Notes under the pieces: generated by a model | What the model saw: only the letters and a program-made list of their open reading frames with translations | The model's database searches: none | What the model was told of the DNA's origin: nothing | Assembly: GCA_946965045.2 (NCBI GenBank) | Contig: OX337233.1 | Coordinates: forward strand, 682,001 to 746,000 | Source of the DNA: Epithemia pelagica | Taxonomy: Eukaryota; Protista; Bacillariophyta | Direction of reading: 5' to 3' | DNA length: 64,000 bases | Shown: positions 33,577-44,143 of the stretch, in pieces | Numbering within the stretch: position 1 is the stretch's first letter | How the letters are laid out: each line of letters starts with the position of its first letter | Translations under genes and position numbers: made by a program

Positions 33577-35579
33577 CTAAATCTTTGTCGGATTACCGAA
33601 TTTCCGCCGCTGTTTAGGAGTCGATTTACCTCCTGGAGCGCTTCGCTTCGTTGGACTGGCCCGCGAAAGATTTGCCTCAACCCGCGTTCCATCCAGGGTC
33701 TCCCTCAGGTGGCGCATTTGTTGTTCCACAATCTTCGACCGGTCATGGCCATCTGGTATTAGTTCCAGAGAAGCTAAGTCTGATAGAAAGAGCTTTCCAT
33801 TTTGATCCTTCAAAACATGGCGCCAACGCAAGTCCGTTTTTTTGTAGGCAAGCCCTTTCTTGCTAAACTTGATAAGGTCGCGCTCAATGGACTTTAACGA
33901 TGTGCTTCGGTCTTCCATGGGGATCCGAGTTCCATATGGCATGAGTAAACATGGAAACCCTCCCAATTCCACTTCTCGAGCCCCTCGATCGCCATACAAG
34001 TCCTTCCAGAACTTCAACTCCTCATCACGATCCTTCCTCGCCGCTGCTATTCGGCTTTTATTTTCCTTTTCTCGGTCATCAGGTGTCGCCAAGCGCGATG
34101 GCTTAAAGTGGTAAAACTTGACAGCAGCAGGCAGCCCCCAAGAGCTAACAACCAATCGTACTTCGCCTTGCTTTCCCCTACCAACGGCATCGAGTACGTA
34201 AAAGTTTTTGGCTTTTTTGCCAGGATGTCCTTTTTTCACAAGGAAGTTTTTTTCTGTCCTTGAAAACCCAAGGCGGTCTGGCGTGGTGTAAGCGAACAGA
34301 CGGCTTCCGATGTTATCGCCTTCCTTGACTTCTGTGATCATGTCAGAAGAGTCTTGTTGGTCGTTGTCCAACATTGCTGTCGTCAATGCCAGCAACAGCA
34401 TGCGAAAGACATTGCCGCCCTTTACAGTCTCGCTCCCATACAAAAAAGCCTTGAACATCTTTCCTTTTACTTCCACGCCGAACGAACCAGCTGGATCGTC
34501 GTAATTAAACTCTTTGTTTTTTTTCGATGCTCTCTGTCGCTGGGGATCTGGACTTGTTGTTGACTGTTTCTTGTTGTCAGTTTGTTTCGCTTGCCACGTT
34601 CTCACCATTGTCCTGTTGAGCTCTTTTTTCGCATCTTCAAACTTGTGCGTATCAAAGGGGTCCAAGGAGACCAGTCGTAGCTCATTGAAAGTACAAATGG
34701 CACCCATTGGATAGGGTACGCCCATTTGTTTCATTGACATCAAATACAACCAGATCTGGCCAGCCACCAAGGGGTGTTGAAATACATTTTCCGCTTTTCC
34801 CGGTCGATTCGGAGATTTAACCTCAATGACAAAGACTATAAGACTGTTTTTGAGGATGAGAACAATGTCAGGAGTCACGCCATAAAATGAAAACTCCAAG
34901 GACGACTCAAGAAATCCATCACAGCCCATACATGCAATGGCATCCATCACCAGCGAATGAACATGAAGTTGAACTTCGATTTCATTGTTATACTTGAGTG
35001 GAAAGTGTTGGGGATTGAAACGACTTGGAATGAGGGCACGTTCTTCACCTTCCTTTGGGATGAAATAAGTTGGTACGACCATGTCGTCGTCGTTCAACAG
35101 ATTATCAAAGGAAAATTTTTACTGATGTATTGCGCTTCCTGCGAACCCATTCCCTTCAAGCGGTGACCTTCAATGCTTGGGTGAACACTGCTGTTCAAAG
35201 ACAACTCTGGCAATCTTGCGGCACCGTTGCGAAAATGCACATCTTTAATAAATGCCCCATATCTCTTGTCGTTGTTATCTTGCCTCAAATTCTTGTTCTC
35301 TTGCCTCAAATTCTTGTTATCTTGCCTCAAATTCTTGTTATCTTGCCTCAAATTCTTGTTATCTTGCCTCAACGCAGCTGTCTCTTGCTCCGCTGCAACT
35401 TTCCCTTGCTCCTCCGCAGTTTTCCAAGCCTGTTTTTCCTTTTCCGAAACTTCATAGGCCTCACGAAAGCGACCGGCATCTGCCAATGCATCGGAAAGCT
35501 CGGAGAGTGCTTCTCGACTCAACTTGTCGTTGCGAGCCTTCTCAAGCCGTGCTTCCAGTGACTCCTGCTGTTCCGCCAT
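33577..35579 (-). CDS. CR-effector-like REase+kinase, copy 3: intact catalytic motifs, one frameshift near 35112
   Basis: MAEQQESLEARLEKARND header, (LRQDNKN)n heptads, TPDIVL...FVIEVKSP, AAVKFY, TDLRWRHV, LSDLAS. Adding one T restores alignment to copies 1 and 2. Confidence 0.78.
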
Positions 35580-36004
35580 GATTCCTTCTGGGTGTGTTTG
35601 CTGTTTGCTTGTTGTGTGCAATTACCTTTTGTGCTGTCTTCGAGTCTCGGGCTCTCGGGCCGTGGTTTGGTTTGTTCGTCTCTCGAATGATACGTCGATG
35701 GAATGCAATTCGTAACAGAGCATACAAGGAATGATGAGAATGGACTGATGGGAGAGGATTTGCGATTTGCCATGTCGGAGGTGTCAAACGAAAAACGAGC
35801 CGGGAATCGGGAATGGATCGTGTACATCTCGAACTCGATCAAGTATAAACCGGTTTGCACCACAAGATCATACAACCCGAACAAAAAACTTCATAGGAGT
35901 AATTCATAACGTCATTCCAAACTGCTCATACGAGCACTCCAGTAGAAAAGGCTCGTTCGAGTCATATGATGATGGTTGGGCAGGTTACACTAATATAAAT
36001 GAAG

Positions 36005-36250
36005 CGTGAAGGGTGAGCCCATACTCACAAGTTACAGGGTTGGAGGCATGACTCAACATTAAAATAATCATCGCTGAGTATAAGCTCTATATACTTAACC
36101 GTTTGATCAACGCTCATTTTTAACCATTTGTACTTCTTATTTGATAGTACTTCCGATTTTGGTACAGCTGGTCATTCTGGATTTTCCCACCCCACACCCC
36201 AAGACTAACGTCCTACCCATCCCGTTCATACTGAATTCAGACGAATTGGT
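36005..36250. repeat. Interspersed ~250-bp repeat, inverted copy of 53783-54045
   Basis: Shared ATTCGTCTGA.TTCAGTATGAACGGG...CCAGCTGTACC...AACGGTTAA...CTCACCCTT. Absent at the equivalent place in units 1 and 2. Confidence 0.75.
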
Positions 36251-36293
36251 TCCCCAAGAAAACGAGCGGACACGAAACACGAACGATCCGTCG

Positions 36294-36352
<59 letters not shown>
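36294..36352 (+). repeat. (TCA)n microsatellite, about 19 units
   Basis: Direct reading; the paralogous positions in units 1 and 2 carry shorter (GAC/GAT)n runs. Confidence 0.9.
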
Positions 36353-36359
36353 TTTGTTG

Positions 36360-37510
36360 GAATGCGTCAATTTTGGTTGAGGACAAAAAGAACCAATCCT
36401 TGAATCGACAGCAACAACAAGACGATCCCACGACCTTAACAGGACGACTCCAACCGTTGATAGTATCCTTCGGGAATGGCCGTCGCAGGCCTTGTGTGTC
36501 ATGGAACCGCCCTAGTGGACCTCACAGTGCCACCCACTTGGACCAAGCAAGATTGACGAGGAATGGTTTGTGCCGTGCACGGCTTGGACGGGTCCCTTTG
36601 TTTGGTACTGCCACTGACCGTGACACACGGATAGGAGCTCTCGTGCCTTTTGCGCAGCAGTGTCCTCAGTCTCCTTTCTTTATGCCACGACCACGGCCGT
36701 TTCAGCAGAGAACCAACGGAAACTGGCAATTGCCATTGGATCTTGTTGTTCTAGAACACTACTTGCGCGCGCGCATCAACCACCACCACCACTCACCGCA
36801 GCAGCATCCTCCCAGGATCCACAGCGGTCGTCGTCATGGTCTTTTTGTTGGTGGGACTTGTGCCAATGCATGTGCCACTCTCATCCCGTCGTGCCCCAAG
36901 ACAAGAATGACAATGACAAGGACGACCGCAAGACCACAACCAAAAAAGCAACCAAACGACCACAAGACCACAACCAAAACAGCAACCAAAACGAGACGAT
37001 GCACGACCAAGCAACAACAACAATACGAAACAAACTCGCGCCAAAGCCAGTACAAGAAGCAGCAACAAGAACCGAACCAGCACGGAATGGACGTCCACAA
37101 AACATGGTTCTACCTAGAAGTACGACTTCTTCTACCGCATCTACACAAAGAAGAACCCCCCATCACAGCAACAGCAAAAACGACAACAACAAGTGTTGGG
37201 TAACTTGTGCCAGCACATGGATATCTGGAATCTGGACAAACTTGTTCTCTCCAGCATTACCCAGGACCAATGGTCGTTTTCGGATGCTCAGCAATTATAG
37301 GAACCACAAGAAGATGTCACAGCGCAACTGTGCAGGACAAGGTAATGAACTGCTGGTGCAACGTTTGGTGGCTTGGTGTTGTCCCAGCCATGACACTGAC
37401 AATGACACCAACAACACTGTGAGATTGGACATTAGAGATGGTCCATACCTTGGTCCATGTGCAAAATGATCAAGGAAAAACGGCTCTACAGGTGGCACCG
37501 CCGTCCTTGA
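36360..37510 (+). pseudogene. Degenerate LRR/ankyrin gene (unit 3)
   Basis: Pieces align to the 16500-19245 gene: the LPP...EE.FV.CTA.TGP LRR, SSQDPQRSSSWSFCWWDL, and LVQRLVAWCCPS...NDQGKTALQVAPPSLK. Multiple stops and deletions. Confidence 0.75.
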
Positions 37511-37599
37511 AACATTCTCAGTAAAAAACCAAATGATATCGGAAACTCGCTGTTGCATCCGGTGATGGTGGTACTGTAAACATATAGAGCTGACCAAAT

Positions 37600-38160
37600 C
37601 CGATGTAGCAGCAGAAAGAGACAAGCACACTCTCGTTCTATCCACCTTGAGGCGTTGCAGTTCTTGTTGCACAGTGTCCGAGCAGTCCTCTCCATCTGGT
37701 ATTCGCCTAGGTCCGATAAAAAGAGCTTTCCATTTAGATCCTTGAACACATGGTTCCAACTAAAGTCCGTTTCTGGGTAGGCAAACCCTTTCTGGCGAAA
37801 CCTGATAAGTTCGCTCTCCATGGACTTGAACGATGCCCCGTGGAATTTTTCGAGCGCCTGGATCGTGATAGACGATATTCCACAAGTCCCATTCCTTGTC
37901 CCGAGCCTTGGTCACCGCTTCGTTTCGGCTTTTGATTCTCCGCCTCTTGGTCATTGCCAGTGACCAAACGCAATGGCGGAAAGCGGTAAACCTTGGTGGC
38001 CACAGGCATTCCTGCCGTGCTCCCAATCAATCGTACTTTTCCTGGCGTTCCTGGACCAAAGCGATGGAGTATGACAAAGTGTTTGGCTGTGGGAACATGT
38101 TCTGCTTGTACAAGGAGGAGTTCTTGGCGGGTGTCGTGGCAAACCCCAGGCGGTCTGGCT
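37600..38160 (-). pseudogene. 3' fragment of a fourth REase+kinase copy
   Basis: LLVQAEHVPTAKHF...KVRLIGSTAGMPVATKVYRF, ARDKEWDLWNIVYHDPGARKI and ETDFSWNHVFKDLNGKLFLSDLG occur in shifting frames. Confidence 0.8.
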
Positions 38161-41087
38161 AGGACTATACTGTTGGATGGATCCGTGGATTTCCTGTTTG
38201 GTTTGTTTGTTTGTTTCTTGGCCCCATCTACGACACCTGTTTGACACACACACACACACGCACAACGGCAAAGGGGGACAGACGCTACCCAAACTGTCAT
38301 GGCCGTTCTGCTGGACTTGCGAGCAGTGTCATTTCACAAGAGTCTCGGGTACCGACACTATCTCCAAGTCTAGTAGGGAGACTGTGGTGCCAATGCTCCC
38401 CAGCCCATCAGCCTCGATGGACTTGGATAGTGTCGGGACCCGACTTGAACGACACCTTGGCCAAGTGGTGGGCGCCACACCACCAATGCTCGGGCCAACG
38501 CTGCCCCATACGAACGACTGTTTCTGGATTCGTTCCTACCACCATTCCTCCGTTCACACTCATGTATCAAACGCCGGGTCCGAGAGAAATTGGAACCCAT
38601 AGGATTGCTGGAGAGAGCACGGGGTTTTCGTCCGCGGTGGTGGTTCTTCCATTCCCGGCCGCTCGAATCCAAGTGCCCTACACACTAGCCACTACTACTA
38701 TTGTAGGACTGTCGGGACGCCACGAGCGCGTTCTTGGAAACAGTGAGCCTGGCTGTGCATCATCCATGGACTCGCGCGACTTTTAGGAGCCTCTTGAATC
38801 GTCTATTGCAATGGCGAACTGGGCACAAACCATTCTCTGTTGGTGCCCAGTTCTCAATTTCCAAAGTCGATCCAAAAGATCATCATGACACTCTCAGGAG
38901 AGAACCATGGGTCCGTTTTCTTCTTCCTCTTCCCTGAGACGTACCTCTACATTAGGTGTGTCAGAAGATCCGAGGACGACGACAGCTCATGGCGTTGGCT
39001 GCATTTCACGGCGCCCAAAACAGCCACCCGGATGTGAGGCCTCATGTTTCCATTCTCGTGTGGAACGTTCGTTCGCGGTTTCGTCGCTTTGAATCCTTGC
39101 GCTTCTGGGTCTCGCGTTATTCGATGTCTGTCCATCGCATATTCTATTCCTTCAACGGCAACGGAAGCCGGAAGGAGCATTCGCTAAGCTCCGCTACCAA
39201 CTTTTAACTTTTAGCCTCCTGGTGACCACGCCCTATCGCTTCTAAGTTCCTTGACTTTTTTGTTTGTCTATCTTTAATACTCAATATGAATGCTCGTTTG
39301 TATGTTGCACCGACTTACGACTCCGACATGGAATAGGATGGAACCCTCGGTATCAGTGTCCACTGCTTAGCTGTTTTTTGTCTGTGCCACCTTCACAGGT
39401 TCCCAAGTGGACACAGCCAGCATTTTATGTTTTTCGTCTGTCTGTCTACCCAATAAAATTCCTCAGGGTTGGAGCAAGGCCAGCGTGCATGTGACAGTTG
39501 ACGGTTGGTGGTTGTCCTCTGGTCACCACGATTCAAATTTTTTGGGCGACCCTCCCGTCCTCGTCTGTCACAAAACACCAAAAACCGAGCCAAATGGTTG
39601 ACCATGACGTGAGGTGAGAACAATGGATGCAACATGCTGGGCTGAACCTGAACTGCTTCTCACTTCTCACTACTGTGGCTTATTTCTAATCTTCTTGTTT
39701 CTTTTTCTTTCTTCTCACTCATCACTGCTGCACTCTTTCCTCTTGTTCATGCATGATCCTTTGGCTTGTCTCTTGTTGAACGAGTAGACTAGGAACAAGC
39801 CGCTTGATGTCAACTGGAGTATCTTACCCGTCTCATTTGTTGATGTAGGAGTAATTGTTTTGTTGTTTGATTGTTGGTTGGTTGCTTTCATGTCTTCTGT
39901 AGGATAGATGATTCACTATCGTCAATCGTCATAGGTCGTAGCATCATCTCATTTCTCAATGACCGAACACTTTGCTGTTTTTGCTTCAAATAGATGGGAA
40001 GCCCTCTTGCTCTTGCCACACCCTACTTTCCATGTCTATCAGTTCATAGAGTCAAAAGTTGTAGCTGTAGCGTGTGAGAGCTGCTTGTGTTCATGGTGAA
40101 ACTGAGAGTCATTGCCATGCTCAAAACAGAAAAGAGATCTGCAACGAATTCAGAATGCACTGAACTCTACGAATGAATAGCACTTGAGTTCTATTTCTAC
40201 TCCTAGTATATAAAGAAAACAATGTCTGCAGTCTGTTTATGAATCGAATGAAAGTTATCAAAAATCCGTCATTTCGACATGTAGTGTAGAATGGCACGTA
40301 ATGAGCTACCCAGAGACACAACAGATGATCGCCTCTCTTCCCATGAGCAGAGCAAACAAAAGTGACAAGTGTCAGTGATCAGTGAGCATGAGCTATGTAA
40401 TTGTCATGGCAATTGGCAACGGATCACACTCACCTGGAATGCCATTCGTACGATGTGCTTCGGCAACAAGAGAAAAGAATTGTGTGCTTGTCATTATGAA
40501 TTATGGAGCAACCAGCAGTTATCCACGCACGGCCGCTTGCTGGGCATGCGTCTGTTTCAAACTGTGAAAACTCCAGCTGGGTATGCGTGCCAATTTGCCA
40601 TTTGATCATTTCTATTTGTCTCAAAAGCAAAAAATGCTGTCTGTGTCCACCTGGGAACCTAAAATGATGGCACAGACAAAAAACAGCTAAGCAGTGGACA
40701 CTGATACCGAGGGCTTCGAAGCTCGAACCGCAAGCAAAAAGTGAGGGAGCGACTGGCTTGCTCGCGAAACAATTAACAAACCATTGCTTCTCACGGAGCA
40801 AAATTTCGCAGCGCAATCGTGCCAGAATACCGGACGGAGCAATGCTTCGCGGAGACTTCAACACAGCCTATCTAACTCAGAACAGCACAAACTGCACAGA
40901 GAATCCCACTTTCGTGCTTTCTGCTTTCCTCTCGTCTCCTTCCTCTTGCCGGGTTGTCTGGAGTCTGGATTGAAACGAATGCTCACAAAACCGAAGCAAT
41001 CGACGTTTGGTGCAAGAGGCAACAAACTCCTGCACACACACGCTCCACCCTAGAAGAAGACCAACCATCCAAGTAACTACTAGTACA

Positions 41088-41828
41088 ATGGGCTTGACCA
41101 TTTATCATTCGACCGTCGTGGCTTGTCGAGGGTACATTTGCAGTGGACATGTCTTGGTCAATCATGAACGACAACAACGCAAAATTCCCAAATTGCAACG
41201 ATCCGAAGCCTTGGATCTCGTCGCTCGCCAAGAGGCGGAACAAATTGCTCAATCCTACTCCTCCTCTTCCAAGACATGTAGCAGCAGCAGCACGGACGAC
41301 CAGACGACAAGTACTTCCACAAACCACGACAGCCGCACAGGTCAAGTCGAGGCCTCTTTGGTGACCTTGGCACACAAGAGTGCCTACGATGAAATGGTGG
41401 CATCCATCCAACAACAAAATTCTGCTGCGTCGGGAAACCGACCACAAGTGTCAGTGGCCGAAAATGTCGTTGTGGGGGATCCATCCACCAGCACTTGTGT
41501 TCAGCAATTGCATGTGACCGCCATGAAGGAATCCATGAAACCCAATTGCAGTGACATTCATAAAGAATTCCGTCTCAACATTCTCTCCACGTCCTTTACC
41601 GAACTCGGAGTGGGTACCGCCAAGGCGGCCGATGGCTCACTCTGTTTGGTCCACATCTTTCGAGGCACCACCAATGACCATTTGGACGACAGAACTGTTC
41701 CAAACACAAACTACCTCTCCAACAACCAAGAGGCAGAGCCTGAACAACGGTTTACCCTCTCCAGATCGACATCTACAAGAAGAACAATAGCAACAGAACC
41801 AACCATGTCCGATGCACGGCAAGAGTAA
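41088..41828 (+). CDS. CAP/SCP-superfamily domain protein
   Basis: HVLVNHERQQRKIPKLQRSEALDLVARQEAEQIA...AENVVVG...NILSTSFTELGVGTAK...LVHIFRG. The usual His in AR.HA is replaced. Confidence 0.65.
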   Translation: MGLTIYHSTVVACRGYICSGHVLVNHERQQRKIPKLQRSEALDLVARQEAEQIAQSYSSSSKTCSSSSTDDQTTSTSTNHDSRTGQVEASLVTLAHKSAYDEMVASIQQQNSAASGNRPQVSVAENVVVGDPSTSTCVQQLHVTAMKESMKPNCSDIHKEFRLNILSTSFTELGVGTAKAADGSLCLVHIFRGTTNDHLDDRTVPNTNYLSNNQEAEPEQRFTLSRSTSTRRTIATEPTMSDARQE

Positions 41829-42175
41829 AATATTATAGAACCCCAAACGATTTTGTTCATCAACGACTCCTAGACAACATAGCTGTCCTAAATTATTTTT
41901 GGGGGAATTTGCATACCCAAGAAGATATGTGTGGTCGTCGTGGTGGTCGATGGCAGAGTCTTGAAACCATCCACAACCACGAATGGACACACCACTTTCC
42001 CAACAGAAGTACTGCGAAACGCCATGTGGTACCATGCGAACACTTCTTCTCCTCGTATTCGGACCGAACGGTTGTTGGTTTGCTTTTGTCCCACTGCTAC
42101 ATCGAATGGTTCCGGGTGGGACAAGAACAAGATGACGACCGAGATTGTTCGAGGCGTCCACCAAAGAGGACACCT

Positions 42176-43838
42176 TCATCTCTTGTGTTTGTTTCCTGAC
42201 ATGCTTTTGGTTTCTTTCTTTCCTCGGTTTGAAATCTTGATACACTTTTTCTTATTTCGCGGGTTCTTCTTCTTTTTTCCTGAAACCTCATGACTGACCT
42301 TCGTCTTCTTCTTCTTCTTCTTCTTCTTCTTCTTCTTCTTCTCTTTCTTACCACCCTTGCTCGAATCATGGTTGGATCCGCTCTTGGGTCCATGCTCATG
42401 ATGGTTCGGTGGTGGCTCGGTGGGCGGCGTATTGGTGGGAGCTGTAGTAGTCGTCGGAGAGTCTGTAGTAGCGTCGGGTCGAATGCGGGCAAAGGGACAC
42501 GTCAAGGCGGCTTGTGGATCAAAGGGATCCAGCGTTGGATCAAAGGGAGGTGTCACATTGGCCAACAAGCCGGCGGCCCCCGACACCGAGAGGCAGTGGT
42601 CGCGAAAGTCAAAGGTCTCCCACCATTCGGGATGAAAGGCCAAGTCTTCTTCAAAGGCCACGTGACGAAAAAACAATTGCCGATCTCAAAATTGCGATGG
42701 CACAAACCGTGAGCGAGTCACCAAGTCCCCCAGATAAATAGTGTCGGTACTCGACGGATCTTTGCGTGCGTAGAGTCGAAAGAGGACTTGATTGACCGGA
42801 ATCCGTCGCTTAAAGTCGACAAAAACTTGAGGAGTGAATCCACCTTGAGGAAATTCCAACCCCTCAAACAGGGTTGGCTCAAAAATGAGTTCAAAGGGAA
42901 GCTTCACGTCTTGCTTGGGTGTATCGACAGTCCCCAGGGGATGCAACCCCACAAGGTTGGGACAGGTGGAGGCTTGTCCAAACTTGGCCAGGAGGGCGGG
43001 TACCAACCCCAATTCCGGACCCACGAGCGTGTCTTGCAGCAGTCCATGTGTGGAATAATTCGAACCCGACACATCAAAGTCTCCAAACCGTGTCGCATGA
43101 ATAAAATGAATGCCAAACGTATTGACCGACGGCAAACCATCCAGTAGAAATTTGACGGCAAACGACGGACCAAAAGTGCCAAAGGGGCCAGGAAATTCAT
43201 TGGTGGAGGAAAAGCGCAACAAACCATGTTTGGATTCGGTCTCAAAAAGACCGTAAAGGATGAGGATCAGCCTCGTCTACGACCCATTCGATTTGTGCCA
43301 CGGATCCATAGGCCCCATGAATGGGTTTGCGATGCGAGGCTGGCCAAAAGTCTCCCGTGGCAAGAAAGGGATCCACCACGACACTGGAAAAGAGTTGCGG
43401 TACAATCGGTTCCCATTCACTCGTGATATTTTCGGTCGCCACCATTTGGTGCCACAAATACTCCATCTTGTCTTGGGCCGACTGGGCTTCATAGTCGACC
43501 GGGTCTCCCACGGGCGGCAAGCAGGGACAACCTTGTGTCGTGTTGCAGTAGCGGCGAAAGTTGCAGTCCAAATCGATCGTGACACAACTGGTCGAGCACG
43601 TGCAGTACTCTGTCAACGATGGAGGGTTGGTATACTCTGGAAGAACGCGATGACGCCTATCGCTCGGCGTGTCCGTCTTGGAATGGCCCGCACCAGTGTC
43701 TGGTGTCTTGTCTTGTTGTTGTTGTTCCGGTTTGCCATTGGACTCGACAATCAAATAGCTAAACCACCAGAGAACTAGCAGCCTGGCCAGACTCTGCGGA
43801 GGAGATTGGAATGGTTGGTGGCCTCCCATTGCTACCAT
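42176..43838 (-). pseudogene. Secreted catalase-like (heme-binding fold) protein, paralog A, with frameshift (~43240) and in-frame TGA (42686)
   Basis: Hydrophobic N-terminus, Cys-rich YCTCSTSC...C...C...CPC, RKPIHG, LLRFSS, FAVKFLLDG..SVN, GD/DRQLFFRH, Pro/Thr linker and Lys-rich tail. Lesions may be sequencing errors. Confidence 0.6.
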
Positions 43839-43839
43839 G

Positions 43840-44060
43840 ATAACCGGAGGATGATCACTTTCCTTTGAGGCACGACAGGGGAGTCTGAAATTTTTTCTTC
43901 TGTTCTGTCACCTGTCACATGTCACATCAAAAATCGAAACCAAAGAACTGAATGTCGAATAGCCAATGAATGACTCCTTTCTCCTTTCCTTAGGTAGCCG
44001 AATCACTGTAGATCAATGTGTACACCCCGTTGCTCCCCAATATCATCCAATGAGGATGAG
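43840..44060 (+). repeat. Upstream cassette duplicated at 46650-47850; this copy is the MITE-free empty site
   Basis: GATGATCACTTTCCTTTGAGGCACG...CTGTCACCTGTCA...ATGTGTACACCCCGTTGCTCCCCAATATCAT is shared. Confidence 0.85.
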
Positions 44061-44143
44061 GACGCACATGGGTCGCATATCAGTCGGATCGGGGCAGACG
44101 CAAAGAAACGAATTAGGTACCCCCTAGCGGGGGTGGCTTATAG

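Noticed and set aside
38180-40900. Possible decayed retroelement or transposase sequence
   Set aside because: Multiple stops in all frames and no RT, integrase or DDE motif identified.
42097-42340. Poly-Arg/poly-Lys ORF segments from the (TTC)n run
   Set aside because: Only the poly-Lys reading is in frame with the catalase-like gene; the others are microsatellite artefacts.
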